From the NCBI GenBank assembly GCA_021201295.1, contig JAJQFE010000021.1, positions 8,208 through 72,207 on the forward strand: 64,000 nt of DNA. The letters run 5' to 3'. Position 1 is the first letter of the stretch; every line of letters starts with the position of its first letter. The position numbers and the translations under genes were made by a program. The DNA is from Tannerellaceae bacterium (GTDB taxonomy: Bacteria > Bacteroidota > Bacteroidia > Bacteroidales > Tannerellaceae). The notes beneath the pieces were generated by a model. It was given only the letters and a program-made list of their open reading frames with translations. It did not search any database and was not told where the DNA came from. This document shows, piece by piece, positions 18,372 through 28,003 of the stretch.

Positions 18372-21300
18372 TTACAATTGCTCTAATTGATGGAGCTTAG
18401 CCAATTTTCTACGTCTTCTTTTTACACCGTTTGCTGCGAACACACTATAAACAACAGGGACGATGACCAAAGTAATTAAAGTAGAAATGGAAAGACCCCA
18501 GGCAACTGTCATACCCATTGAACTCCATATCTCAGAACCTTCACCAGTACCTACCGCCATCGGTATCATACCTAATACAGTAGTCATGGTAGTCATTAAT
18601 ACCGGACGAAGACGGGATTTACCTGCTGTTACAGCAGCAGTAAGAATACTCATGCCTCTTTCACGACAGAGGATCATATAGTCAATCAGTACAATACCAT
18701 TCTTTACAACAATACCCATCAACATGATCAATCCGATAAAGGCCATTACACTTAAAGGCGTCTGTGTGACAAATAACCCTAAAATTACCCCGGTTACTGC
18801 AAATGGTACAGAGAACATAATCACAAACGGGTCTGTTAATGATTCAAACTGGGCAGCCATCACAATAAATACCAGAATGATGATCAAAGCCATTAAAATA
18901 CTTAATTCCTGGAAGGTATCCTGCTGGTCTTCATAGGTGCCACCGATGGACCAACTTATATCTGCCGGCAGATCCATTTGCCTGATCTCTGCCATAGAAC
19001 TATCCACAATTTCACTTAATGCTGCACCTCTACCTACCACTCCGGATACGGTAATCACACGTTCACGATTTTTACGTTCGATAGTAGGAGGAGTCATCCG
19101 TTCTACAACTGTTCCTAAGTCACGGACACGGATCCCTTCTCCGGTAGGTGTATAGATTAGGATGTTTTCCAGATCATCTACCGCCTGACGGAATTCAGGT
19201 GCATACCGTGCACGGATGTCATATTCTTCCCCATCTTCACGATAATAGGACGCTAATGAACCATTGACACGGTTACGCAGATAACCGGCTGCCGTACTTA
19301 CATTCAATCCATGCAATGCCAGTTTCTCACGGTCAAAGTCTACCTGATATTCCGGTACATAATCTTTACGGCTTATGTTTACCTGAGTACAACCTTTGAT
19401 CGTTAACATACGTCTCGCTAATTCTGCAGCCACAGCATCGGTCGTAGTAAAATCATGCCCGTAGATTTCTACATCTACCGTAGTTTCACCACTCATACCT
19501 CCACTTCCACCACCGGCTTGTACCTGGTATTCTTTAATCTCCGGATAAGCATTCAGGTCCTGACGCATCAGGTCACATATTTCTAAGAGTCCTCTTTCAC
19601 GATCTCCTATACTTACCAAACTGATATTCATAGAAATGATATGAGAACCATTTTCACTTAACTGGGCAAATGTGTTATCGGTGTCTGCCTGACCTTCACG
19701 GAAGTTCAATACATTGATCTCCGGATATTTCTCAGCAAATTCTTCACTCACCCGTAAAGCCAGGTCTCGGGTGATCTCCTGCCGGGTACCGATCGGTAAT
19801 TCGATCGTGATAGCAATACGGGCATTATCAGCGGTCGGAAAGAACTCCGTTTTAATCGTTGGCACTAACATCATGGATCCGGCGAATACCAGGAAGGCGA
19901 GACCAATCACAATCCATCTATGGCGAACCGCCCAGTTTAATAAGCGTCCGTAACCTACATCTAACTTATGTAAGGCCTTTTCGATGAGAGTAAAGAATAA
20001 AACATACAATCTTCCCTTTTTAGGATCCAGTCTCAGCATCTGTGAACAAAGCATCGGAGTCAGTGTCAAAGCTCCTGTCGTGGAGATGGTCATAATAATA
20101 CTTACGATCCATCCTAACTGTTCAAACAAAACACCTGCCAGACCGGTAACCATTGTTAACGGAAGGAATACGGCTAACATGGTAAGAGTAGAGGCAATTA
20201 CAGAGATTGCTACCTCATTGGTCGCATATACAGCCGCCTGCTTCGGTTGACTCCCTTGTTCAATATGGGTCGTAATATTTTCGAGTACCACAATTGCATC
20301 ATCCACCACCATACCAATGGCAATAGAAAGCGAACTCAGAGAGATAATATTTAACGTGTTTCCTGATGCCAACAAATAAGCAAAGGCAGCAATCAGAGAG
20401 ATCGGGATAGTCAGGATAATAATGAAAGTGGCTCTCCAGCGTCCCAGGAAAATAAATACTACTAACATAACGATCGCAAAAGTGATCATAATCGTTTCCA
20501 CCAAACTGTCAATCGTATTCAAAATGTTGGTAGAAGTATCCACGATAATGCCTAATTCAACGTCAGAAGGCAAACTGGCTTGAATATCCGGTAATATCTG
20601 TTTTACCAGTTTAGAAATATTTACAGAGTTCGCTCCGGATTGTTTCTGGATGATAATCATGCCCCCTTTTACCCCATTATTATAGGTTTCCTGGGCACGT
20701 TCTTCCACTGTATCTTCCACACGGGCTACATCCCGCAGATAAACGGTTCTTCCGTTTGAATGGCCTACTACCAGATCCAGCATTTCAGAAGCATCATCAA
20801 ATTCTCCTTCCACACGTAAAGCATACGTATTAGAACCTATATCTATATTACCTCCCGGAATATTCTGGTTTTCCTGTGCAATTACAGCCGAAATAGTTTC
20901 AATACTTACTCCATAGGCTTCCAGCTTGTAAGGGTCACAATAGATCTGGATCTCACGTTGGGGAACTCCGGAAATGGATACTTCACCCACTCCTTTGATA
21001 CGTGCCAACGGGTTAGCTACCCGGTCATCCAGGATTTTATATAACCCATTTAAACTTTCTGCTGCATTTATATACAACAGAAGGATCGGAATATCATCCG
21101 TACCGAATTTGAAAATGATCGGATTATCTGCTTCATCCGGTAAAGAACTCTGTGCCATATCTAATTTGTCACGCACATCGTTCGTCGCGACATCAATGTC
21201 GGTTCCATATTCAAACTCAAGCGAGATGATCGATATATTTTCTTTGGACTGTGACGTGATATTCTTCAGGTTACTCACACTATTCAGTACGTTCTCCAAA

Positions 21301-21497
21301 GGCTTGGTCAGGTTCATTTCAATATCTGCTCCACTTGCACCCTGATATGCGGTCATAACAAGGATCGTATTGGATTCAATATCTGGATATAAGTCAACAG
21401 ATAGCCTGGTTAGGGAAAAAAGTCCGAGAATCACGACAGCCACAAAGACAAGGACAGTGGTCACGGGCTTTTTTACTGCGGTTGCATATATACTCAT
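18372..21497 (-). CDS. RND (HAE1/AcrB-type) efflux permease
   Basis: 1041-aa ORF with 12-TM AcrB architecture. Confidence 0.9.
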   Translation of the reverse strand: MSIYATAVKKPVTTVLVFVAVVILGLFSLTRLSVDLYPDIESNTILVMTAYQGASGADIEMNLTKPLENVLNSVSNLKNITSQSKENISIISLEFEYGTDIDVATNDVRDKLDMAQSSLPDEADNPIIFKFGTDDIPILLLYINAAESLNGLYKILDDRVANPLARIKGVGEVSISGVPQREIQIYCDPYKLEAYGVSIETISAVIAQENQNIPGGNIDIGSNTYALRVEGEFDDASEMLDLVVGHSNGRTVYLRDVARVEDTVEERAQETYNNGVKGGMIIIQKQSGANSVNISKLVKQILPDIQASLPSDVELGIIVDTSTNILNTIDSLVETIMITFAIVMLVVFIFLGRWRATFIIILTIPISLIAAFAYLLASGNTLNIISLSSLSIAIGMVVDDAIVVLENITTHIEQGSQPKQAAVYATNEVAISVIASTLTMLAVFLPLTMVTGLAGVLFEQLGWIVSIIMTISTTGALTLTPMLCSQMLRLDPKKGRLYVLFFTLIEKALHKLDVGYGRLLNWAVRHRWIVIGLAFLVFAGSMMLVPTIKTEFFPTADNARIAITIELPIGTRQEITRDLALRVSEEFAEKYPEINVLNFREGQADTDNTFAQLSENGSHIISMNISLVSIGDRERGLLEICDLMRQDLNAYPEIKEYQVQAGGGSGGMSGETTVDVEIYGHDFTTTDAVAAELARRMLTIKGCTQVNISRKDYVPEYQVDFDREKLALHGLNVSTAAGYLRNRVNGSLASYYREDGEEYDIRARYAPEFRQAVDDLENILIYTPTGEGIRVRDLGTVVERMTPPTIERKNRERVITVSGVVGRGAALSEIVDSSMAEIRQMDLPADISWSIGGTYEDQQDTFQELSILMALIIILVFIVMAAQFESLTDPFVIMFSVPFAVTGVILGLFVTQTPLSVMAFIGLIMLMGIVVKNGIVLIDYMILCRERGMSILTAAVTAGKSRLRPVLMTTMTTVLGMIPMAVGTGEGSEIWSSMGMTVAWGLSISTLITLVIVPVVYSVFAANGVKRRRRKLAKLHQLEQL

Positions 21498-21513
21498 AAC
21501 TTAAATTGTTTTC

Positions 21514-22533
21514 TTACTTAACGATTTCTACTTCCATTCCATTAGTTATACGGTTGTGACCGGTCACCAATACCTGGGCTCCGTCACTAACACCCGAAAT
21601 CACTTCGCAGCGGTTACCCATACGGCGGCCCAATTCTACTAAGTGGAATACCACATGACCGTTTTCATACACATACACAAAACGTTCACCGGAACCGGTC
21701 TGCTTTACAATCGCCTGATCCGGAATCACTACACGATTTTCTGTACCAAAGTTCATGGTTACCCGGGCAAACATACCCGGACGTATCCGTTCATTGGTAT
21801 TCGGGATGTAAATCTCCACAGAGAAGGTGCGGGTAGAAGCATCAATCGTAGGATGAATCAGATGGATCTTACCCTGAAAAACTTCATCTCCGTATACATC
21901 CAGTCGTACATTCACATTGTCACCTTTTTTTATTCTGGTAAAGTAACTTTCGGATACATGTACGATCAGCTTAACCGGCTGGATCTGTTCGACTACATAC
22001 ACCGGATTGCTGTCATATACGTCTCCACTGTCATAATTACGGGCAGTCACAATACCAGAGATAGGGCTTAATAATTGGGTGTTTTCTATCAGGTTGTCAT
22101 ACGAAGTGCGAGCCACATCCAGCGATGTTTTTCTGGCATCCCAGTCTGATTTGGAAGCACCTCCGATTTTATAAAGTTCGTCAATACGATTAAATTCTAC
22201 TTCCAGGTTGTCCAGTTGGATTTTAGCCTGTACCAGGTTCGCATTATCCATTTCTGCTAATTTCTGTCCCTGTCTTACACGGTCTCCCACTTCTACAAGC
22301 ACTTTTTTTATACGGATACCTGCCGTCTGAGGAGCTATATTATTGGTAATATTAGCTTCTACAGTAGCCGTAAATTCCTGGATCTGGTCTACATCCTGTG
22401 TATGTACAGTCTCTACTCTTACCTGGGGTTTCTCAACCACTTCAACAGTTTCCTGTTTCTTACCTCCTGAACATGATGCTAGAATTGCGAAAGCTGTGAT
22501 CGGCAATATTGTCAAAAGTCTACTTGTATTCAT
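21514..22533 (-). CDS. RND efflux periplasmic adaptor (membrane fusion protein), lipoprotein
   Basis: 339-aa ORF. Lipobox ILASC, coiled-coil hairpin and beta-barrel regions. Confidence 0.85.
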   Translation of the reverse strand: MNTSRLLTILPITAFAILASCSGGKKQETVEVVEKPQVRVETVHTQDVDQIQEFTATVEANITNNIAPQTAGIRIKKVLVEVGDRVRQGQKLAEMDNANLVQAKIQLDNLEVEFNRIDELYKIGGASKSDWDARKTSLDVARTSYDNLIENTQLLSPISGIVTARNYDSGDVYDSNPVYVVEQIQPVKLIVHVSESYFTRIKKGDNVNVRLDVYGDEVFQGKIHLIHPTIDASTRTFSVEIYIPNTNERIRPGMFARVTMNFGTENRVVIPDQAIVKQTGSGERFVYVYENGHVVFHLVELGRRMGNRCEVISGVSDGAQVLVTGHNRITNGMEVEIVK

Positions 22534-22577
22534 CTTATCGTATGATTTTTATTTATTATTCTTTACTTAGTTAGTTT

Positions 22578-23906
22578 TTAAAATTGTCTTCCCAGAGTTT
22601 TATCCAGGTCTGCTTTCGCTACCATATAATCATAGATAGCCTGGTTGAAGTTTAATTTAGCCTGCGTCATCGCGAGTTCGGCATCGTTTACTTCCAGCAG
22701 GGTCCCGGCACCGGTATCATATCTTTTCTGAGCGATCAGATAGCCGCGTTCCGATTGATCCACTGCTTTTCTGGCAGCCTCCAACTGTTTGATATTGGTA
22801 GCCATATTATCCCGGTATTGTTTTACAGCCAGTTCCAGGTTCCGTTCCGTATCTTCCCGCTGTAATTTGATTTGATTAATAGTTACACGGGTCTGCCGGA
22901 TGTTATTGTATTTACTGCCTCCGGAAAAAATAGGAACAGCCAAAGTAACACCCACCACCGAGTAAGGATTCCAGACATAATCTTTGAATTTGAAATTATC
23001 ATTCATAGAGGTCCATTGATAATTAGTAGTCAACGAAAGAGTGGGTATATATTCATATTTCTGCATTTTCAGTGTTTCCTGGAGCTGTTCAGTCTGGATA
23101 TCCATCTGAACCAATGAGGAGTTTTCTACCAGATTCGTATCCGAACTGACATAATCCGTATACATATCCGTTTCGTAATCCGTTAACTCTCCCTGACACT
23201 CGATATTCAGGTTCAGGTCTACCGCCATCAATGCTTTGAGCTGCCATTTGGCTAAGGCCAACGCATTTTCAGCCTGAAATACATTTGGCTCTGTATTTTT
23301 AACGGTTACATCTGCCCGGATCAGATCATATTCTGCTATCAGTCCCTGATTATATTTCCGTTCAATATCCAGATAGTTTTCCATCGCATTATGATAGCTT
23401 TCCAGAAATACTTCGTAAGAATCCTTAGCAAGCAGTACAGCAAAAAAACTTTTCTTTACCTGATTTACCATATCAATTTTAGAGGAACGAGCCTGTTCAA
23501 CCGCTAGTTCCACATCTAATGCGGAAATATCCAGACTTTTCCACAATTGAGCGTTAACAAGAGGCATGGCCGCAGAGAATCCCAGACTATAATTATTATC
23601 TGTACCTACAGGGACACTTTGATTGTCAAAATACATCACCTGTTTTTTAATGGTTCTGTCATAAGAAGCACTAAAATCTATTTGCGGGAATAAAGCAGCG
23701 TAGGCGCCTTTTCTGGCATACTCTGTTTTTTCAATCTCCTGTTCCGCTACCTTCACGGTCGGATTTTCACTCAATGCAATCTCCAAAGCCTGTTCCAGGG
23801 TCAGCACGAGAGGTGCCTCTTGCGCCTGTCCCGGAAGAAAGCTCAAGGCCGATAGCAGAGTACCTACTATCAACATCATCTTTTTGCTCATTGATACTCG
23901 TTTCAT
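22578..23906 (-). CDS. TolC-family outer membrane efflux protein
   Basis: 442-aa ORF with a signal peptide and two TolC repeats. Confidence 0.85.
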   Translation of the reverse strand: MKRVSMSKKMMLIVGTLLSALSFLPGQAQEAPLVLTLEQALEIALSENPTVKVAEQEIEKTEYARKGAYAALFPQIDFSASYDRTIKKQVMYFDNQSVPVGTDNNYSLGFSAAMPLVNAQLWKSLDISALDVELAVEQARSSKIDMVNQVKKSFFAVLLAKDSYEVFLESYHNAMENYLDIERKYNQGLIAEYDLIRADVTVKNTEPNVFQAENALALAKWQLKALMAVDLNLNIECQGELTDYETDMYTDYVSSDTNLVENSSLVQMDIQTEQLQETLKMQKYEYIPTLSLTTNYQWTSMNDNFKFKDYVWNPYSVVGVTLAVPIFSGGSKYNNIRQTRVTINQIKLQREDTERNLELAVKQYRDNMATNIKQLEAARKAVDQSERGYLIAQKRYDTGAGTLLEVNDAELAMTQAKLNFNQAIYDYMVAKADLDKTLGRQF

Positions 23907-24119
23907 TTAAAGACTAATTTGAGTTTGTGTTAAAATCTATTATCTATTTTTACTTGCTTCAGTTTTCGTTTTTACTTCTCCGGATTTTTCATTCCTCTCT
24001 TCCTTATCTCTAGTAAGTTGTTGTAAAAATACCCTTCTTTTATAGGGTGTACAATATTTTATAGATAACCAGCATACATTTATTGACGAATGAGGGATAT
24101 TATCCGATAAAAAATCCCG

Positions 24120-24725
24120 CTATTTCAGGTCATACGATAATTTAATCGCATATCTGTTCAAAATCTTACTTCCTTCATCTGCACATACACCCCGCATAAA
24201 TGTAAATAACACGGTGTTGTAGACTTCCGTATTGGAATGATTACAGAAGGATTTGGAAGGATGAAGCATTTTGGCCTGCTCCTTGGCCAGTAAGGCAACA
24301 ATTTCGAAATTTATATCATCCCGAAGCACGCCTTCCTTTACTCCCCGGGCAAATAACCGTTTACATCTGGAGATAAATTTGTTTTTTTCATCCTCTTTTT
24401 GCTGAAGAGCCTTCGGATATTTTTTCAGATCCTCATAAAAACGTGGATGATACCAGCGGGGCCGTTTCATTAATTCCATATAGGCCAGTAATATGATATC
24501 TATCGCTGTAGGAGAGGTTTTCTCCAGTTTGGTTAATAATGCATGTAACCAGTCCTGATTGTATAAAATCCCTTCGATCAGTAATGTCTCTTTATCACTG
24601 AAGAATTCATACAAAGTCCGTTTAGAGATACTCACAGCACGTGCAATGTCATCCATGCTTACGCTCTTGATCCCATGCTGGGAAAACAGATCCATTACTG
24701 TCACTATGATGCGTTCTTTTACCAC
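24120..24725 (-). CDS. TetR/AcrR-family transcriptional regulator
   Basis: 201-aa ORF. N-terminal HTH FSQHGIKSVSMDDIARAVSISKRTLYEFF. Confidence 0.85.
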   Translation of the reverse strand: MVKERIIVTVMDLFSQHGIKSVSMDDIARAVSISKRTLYEFFSDKETLLIEGILYNQDWLHALLTKLEKTSPTAIDIILLAYMELMKRPRWYHPRFYEDLKKYPKALQQKEDEKNKFISRCKRLFARGVKEGVLRDDINFEIVALLAKEQAKMLHPSKSFCNHSNTEVYNTVLFTFMRGVCADEGSKILNRYAIKLSYDLK

Positions 24726-24924
24726 TTATTAAAAAACTCAACTAATACCTGTTAATATATATTTTTGTGCTTATAAAGATCGGTTGTATTTGAAAAACTA
24801 AAAAGGTTTATTCCGTTACATGACTGGCCATAAATGAAAGAATCCTTTCATATTTGTTTGGTTTTAGGGCTGAATGGTATTTGAATTGGTCAAAAATAAA
24901 AATAGAAGGTTTCAAAAATTATAT

Positions 24925-24932
24925 TATCTTTG
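24925..24932 (+). promoter_or_regulatory. -7 promoter box TAtcTTTG upstream of the AraC-family gene
   Basis: tatctttg lies 30 nt upstream of ATG 24962. Confidence 0.5.
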
Positions 24933-24961
24933 CTCGCAAAAATATATAAAATAATTGGAAT

Positions 24962-25873
24962 ATGGATAAGCTGCCTTTTGTAGAAATTAAGGAGTTGAAT
25001 AAAAGTGTCTCCTCATGCGATAGTTATCAGGATATATTCAGCATAGTGGATCTGGATGGAAGTTTGTCTATAGGAGAAAAAAGAGACCTGGAAGAGTATT
25101 CTTTTCCTGTCCGGATAAATGCTTTTTTGGTTGTCCTCATATTGGACGGAAGTGCAGATATAAAAATAGATTATATCACATATAAAATAGAACAAAACTG
25201 TTTTCTTACTATTACACCTACACATATTATTCAGGCTGCCTCTGTTTCTAAGGATTTTAAGGCGAAAATGCTGGTAGTAGACAGAAGTTTTCTGGAAGAG
25301 TGCTATTCGAAATTCAGGAGCCCCTCTATGAATAATTATATGCAGATCTGGAAGAGTCCATATACGGTTTTTGCTCCGAAAGAGACTTTTTATCTGAAAA
25401 TGTGTTTTGAGCAACTCCGGGAAAAGATAAACAATCAGTCCCATTTCTTCTATAAAGAAGTGCTGCAAAACTCATTTATCGTATTTTTATTGGAGATGGC
25501 TAATATCCTGATGGGTAAGAAGGATGGTTTAGTGGCAGTTCCCATCCCATCCCGGAAAGGAGAACTTTTGAATCAGTTCCTCCAACTCTTATTAGTGCAT
25601 TACAAAGAACAGCATGGGGTGACTTTTTATGCAGAGAAAATGTTTATTACTTCGCAATACCTGTCTTTAGTCCTAAAAGAATTGACGGGAAGATCCGCTA
25701 ATAAATGGATTGATGATGCATTGATGGTAAAAGCAAAGATTTTGTTAAAAATGCCTCAGACTACTGTGCAACAGGTAGCCGATGAACTAAATTTTTCCGA
25801 CCAGTCCACTTTCGGAAAGTTTTTTAAGAAACATATGGGTATGTCTCCGATGAAATACCGGAAAAATTCATAA
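24962..25873 (+). CDS. AraC-family transcriptional regulator
   Basis: 303-aa ORF. C-terminal double HTH (...VQQVADELNFSDQSTFGKFFKKHMGMSPMKYR). Confidence 0.85.
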   Translation: MDKLPFVEIKELNKSVSSCDSYQDIFSIVDLDGSLSIGEKRDLEEYSFPVRINAFLVVLILDGSADIKIDYITYKIEQNCFLTITPTHIIQAASVSKDFKAKMLVVDRSFLEECYSKFRSPSMNNYMQIWKSPYTVFAPKETFYLKMCFEQLREKINNQSHFFYKEVLQNSFIVFLLEMANILMGKKDGLVAVPIPSRKGELLNQFLQLLLVHYKEQHGVTFYAEKMFITSQYLSLVLKELTGRSANKWIDDALMVKAKILLKMPQTTVQQVADELNFSDQSTFGKFFKKHMGMSPMKYRKNS

Positions 25874-26392
25874 TTCCTCCGGACTTTCCGGACGGAATTT
25901 ATACCAGTTGACCAGTTCACAAACCCCGTAAAAAAGAATGGCAATACCAAATACCATAAAGGTATGGGTAGCCGTTTCAAACGGATAAGTTAAAATCATA
26001 ATCCCGGTAATGAAGATCAGGACAGGTACAATAAAAAATCCCCAGGGAATCATATGCCATTTACGGGCAAGAATCAGTAAGGCTATTTGTTGAATTCCGG
26101 CTACTAACAGGACAGCCCCTAATAAATACATCAGGATATGGACGAATGAAACAGGGGTACAAACCAGCAGGAGTCCTAACAAAATACTTCCTGCGGCGGC
26201 TAAAGGAAAAGCGGAGGAGATACTCTTATCACGCAAAAAATAACTGATCAGGGAATATAAACCGGGAATAATAAAAAAGATACCAATAAGGATCACCAGA
26301 TAGGTCACAGCCACTTCCGGCCATACAATCAGGACTAATCCCAGAACAATCCCTAAAATACTACGCAAAATAGAATTATTAATCGCTTTCAT
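25868..26392 (-). CDS. HdeD/DUF308-family membrane protein
   Basis: ORF track 25868..26422. The likely start is MKAINNSILRSILGIVLGLVLIVWP at 26392. Six TM helices. Confidence 0.6.
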   Translation of the reverse strand: MKAINNSILRSILGIVLGLVLIVWPEVAVTYLVILIGIFFIIPGLYSLISYFLRDKSISSAFPLAAAGSILLGLLLVCTPVSFVHILMYLLGAVLLVAGIQQIALLILARKWHMIPWGFFIVPVLIFITGIMILTYPFETATHTFMVFGIAILFYGVCELVNWYKFRPESPEEL

Positions 26393-26504
26393 GTCTGTTT
26401 CCGTTTGTATGAAATAAAACACAACGTAAAAGAAAGAAGTTTAACTGGCCAACTACAGAATCTTCCCGGGGCACTAACCCGGGAAGATAGGATTTTCTGT
26501 ATGC

Positions 26505-27461
26505 TTATTTAACAAAAGAGGCTTGAAGCAAATAATCTGCACAGCCTTTTACTCCTTCAAACTGAGTCCGGTTATCCGGCATCTTTTCCAGTTCTACAAA
26601 ATAATCTGAAATGTCATTTGCATATGCCTGTTTAAAGATCTGTTCAAAATTCATCATACCTGACTGCCCCAATATCGCCCTGTCTTTGATGTGTAATACC
26701 CGGATACGTTGCGAGTATTTCTTCATATATTCCACCGGGTCATTCTGTCCCATCACCGTCCAGTAGACATCTAATTCAAAAAATACCAGAGAAGGATCTG
26801 TTTGCCGTACAAATGCATCATAAATTACTTCTGCGTCTTTAGGCATTTCCCGTCCGAATCCATGACGTCCGAAAACAGATGCAGATCCCCCGGGAATCAC
26901 ACGGGCAAATTCCATCTCATGATTATGGTATCCCCAGGAGAGGCCGGCTGCCTGGGTAATCTTTCCTGCTTCATTAAACACTTCACACACATAGGAAACC
27001 TCTTCGGCACTCCGGGTAGAAGGTTGTCCCGGCTGGATCAGGTATTTTACACCTAATTTAGCATGGTCATCAGCCGTCTTTTTCCAGTATTCATTGATCT
27101 GGTTACGGTTATCCGGTGTATATTCCCGTACCGGAGGATTCACATGGGAACTGGTTATTTTCAATCCGGCATCCTCTGCCATTTTTTTAAATTCCATCAT
27201 ATCTATATCACTGATCTTTCCATCCCGGTAACCAGCCAGTTCCAGATTGGTATAACCCATATCTTTCACCCGCTTGAGTCCTGCGGGTACATCCTCATAT
27301 AGTTCCCTAAACAGAGAATAGATCTGTAAACTGATTGTTTTGTTGGCTGTAGGGGTAGGTGCCACATGATTTGCAGCATAAAGCTGACCGGATTTACCAG
27401 CCAGTAAACCTCCTGCTGTCAGCAGGGAAGCACTTTTTAAAAAATCTCTTCTGTTTGCCAT
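26505..27461 (-). CDS. sugar phosphate isomerase/epimerase (xylose-isomerase-like TIM barrel) with a Tat signal
   Basis: 318-aa ORF. Twin-arginine leader MANRRDFLKSASLLTAGGLLAG. Confidence 0.75.
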   Translation of the reverse strand: MANRRDFLKSASLLTAGGLLAGKSGQLYAANHVAPTPTANKTISLQIYSLFRELYEDVPAGLKRVKDMGYTNLELAGYRDGKISDIDMMEFKKMAEDAGLKITSSHVNPPVREYTPDNRNQINEYWKKTADDHAKLGVKYLIQPGQPSTRSAEEVSYVCEVFNEAGKITQAAGLSWGYHNHEMEFARVIPGGSASVFGRHGFGREMPKDAEVIYDAFVRQTDPSLVFFELDVYWTVMGQNDPVEYMKKYSQRIRVLHIKDRAILGQSGMMNFEQIFKQAYANDISDYFVELEKMPDNRTQFEGVKGCADYLLQASFVK

Positions 27462-27712
27462 CGTATTATATTTAAAGTTATAAATAAGGATATAGTTAGC
27501 TTAATTTTTTGTAAGGTAATCCAAACACATCAAACTCTCAAATGATTAATGTTAAATAAAATTAGCAGGAAGTTTTTTATAATTCTGATTCCGGCTTTTA
27601 TTTATCAAAAAAGAGATTCTTTTTTATAATAGTTTTTCATATTTTATTCTTGATCTTTAATCCTCAAACGGTTTTTCTTTTACTCTCTCTTATTATCCTA
27701 CCTGCCGGGAAT

Positions 27713-27748
27713 TACTATACTTATTAAGACTTCCTAATAAGTATAGTA
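27713..27748. repeat. 14-bp perfect inverted repeat in a 540-bp AT-rich intergenic region
   Basis: tactatacttatta (27713..27726) and taataagtatagta (27735..27748), with an 8-nt loop. Confidence 0.6.
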
Positions 27749-28003
27749 TTCTTCCATAATATATTTATTATTAAATAAAAGGTATCCTATTTCGATGTTG
27801 TATAAGAAATTCTCAGCAAGCGATCCGGAATTTTCTTTGGCTACATAGATATTTTTACAAGCATTTAGAAGATTGTCAGACATTTGGTTTAAGTAAAAAA
27901 TATGTAGCAGCATAAGGAAAGGAACTTTTAGGAAGTAAAACCACGGGTTCTTTTCCGGAAATTCTTATTTTTGTTTCCGTATTATTAACTTTAATAAATA
28001 ATA

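Noticed and set aside
27462-28003. Riboswitch (TPP or cobalamin) in the long leader of the second TonB-dependent receptor
   Set aside because: I found no CTGAGA/ACCTGA (TPP) or GCCACTG B12-box-like core motifs by eye. The region is simply AT-rich with one inverted repeat. It still deserves an Rfam scan.
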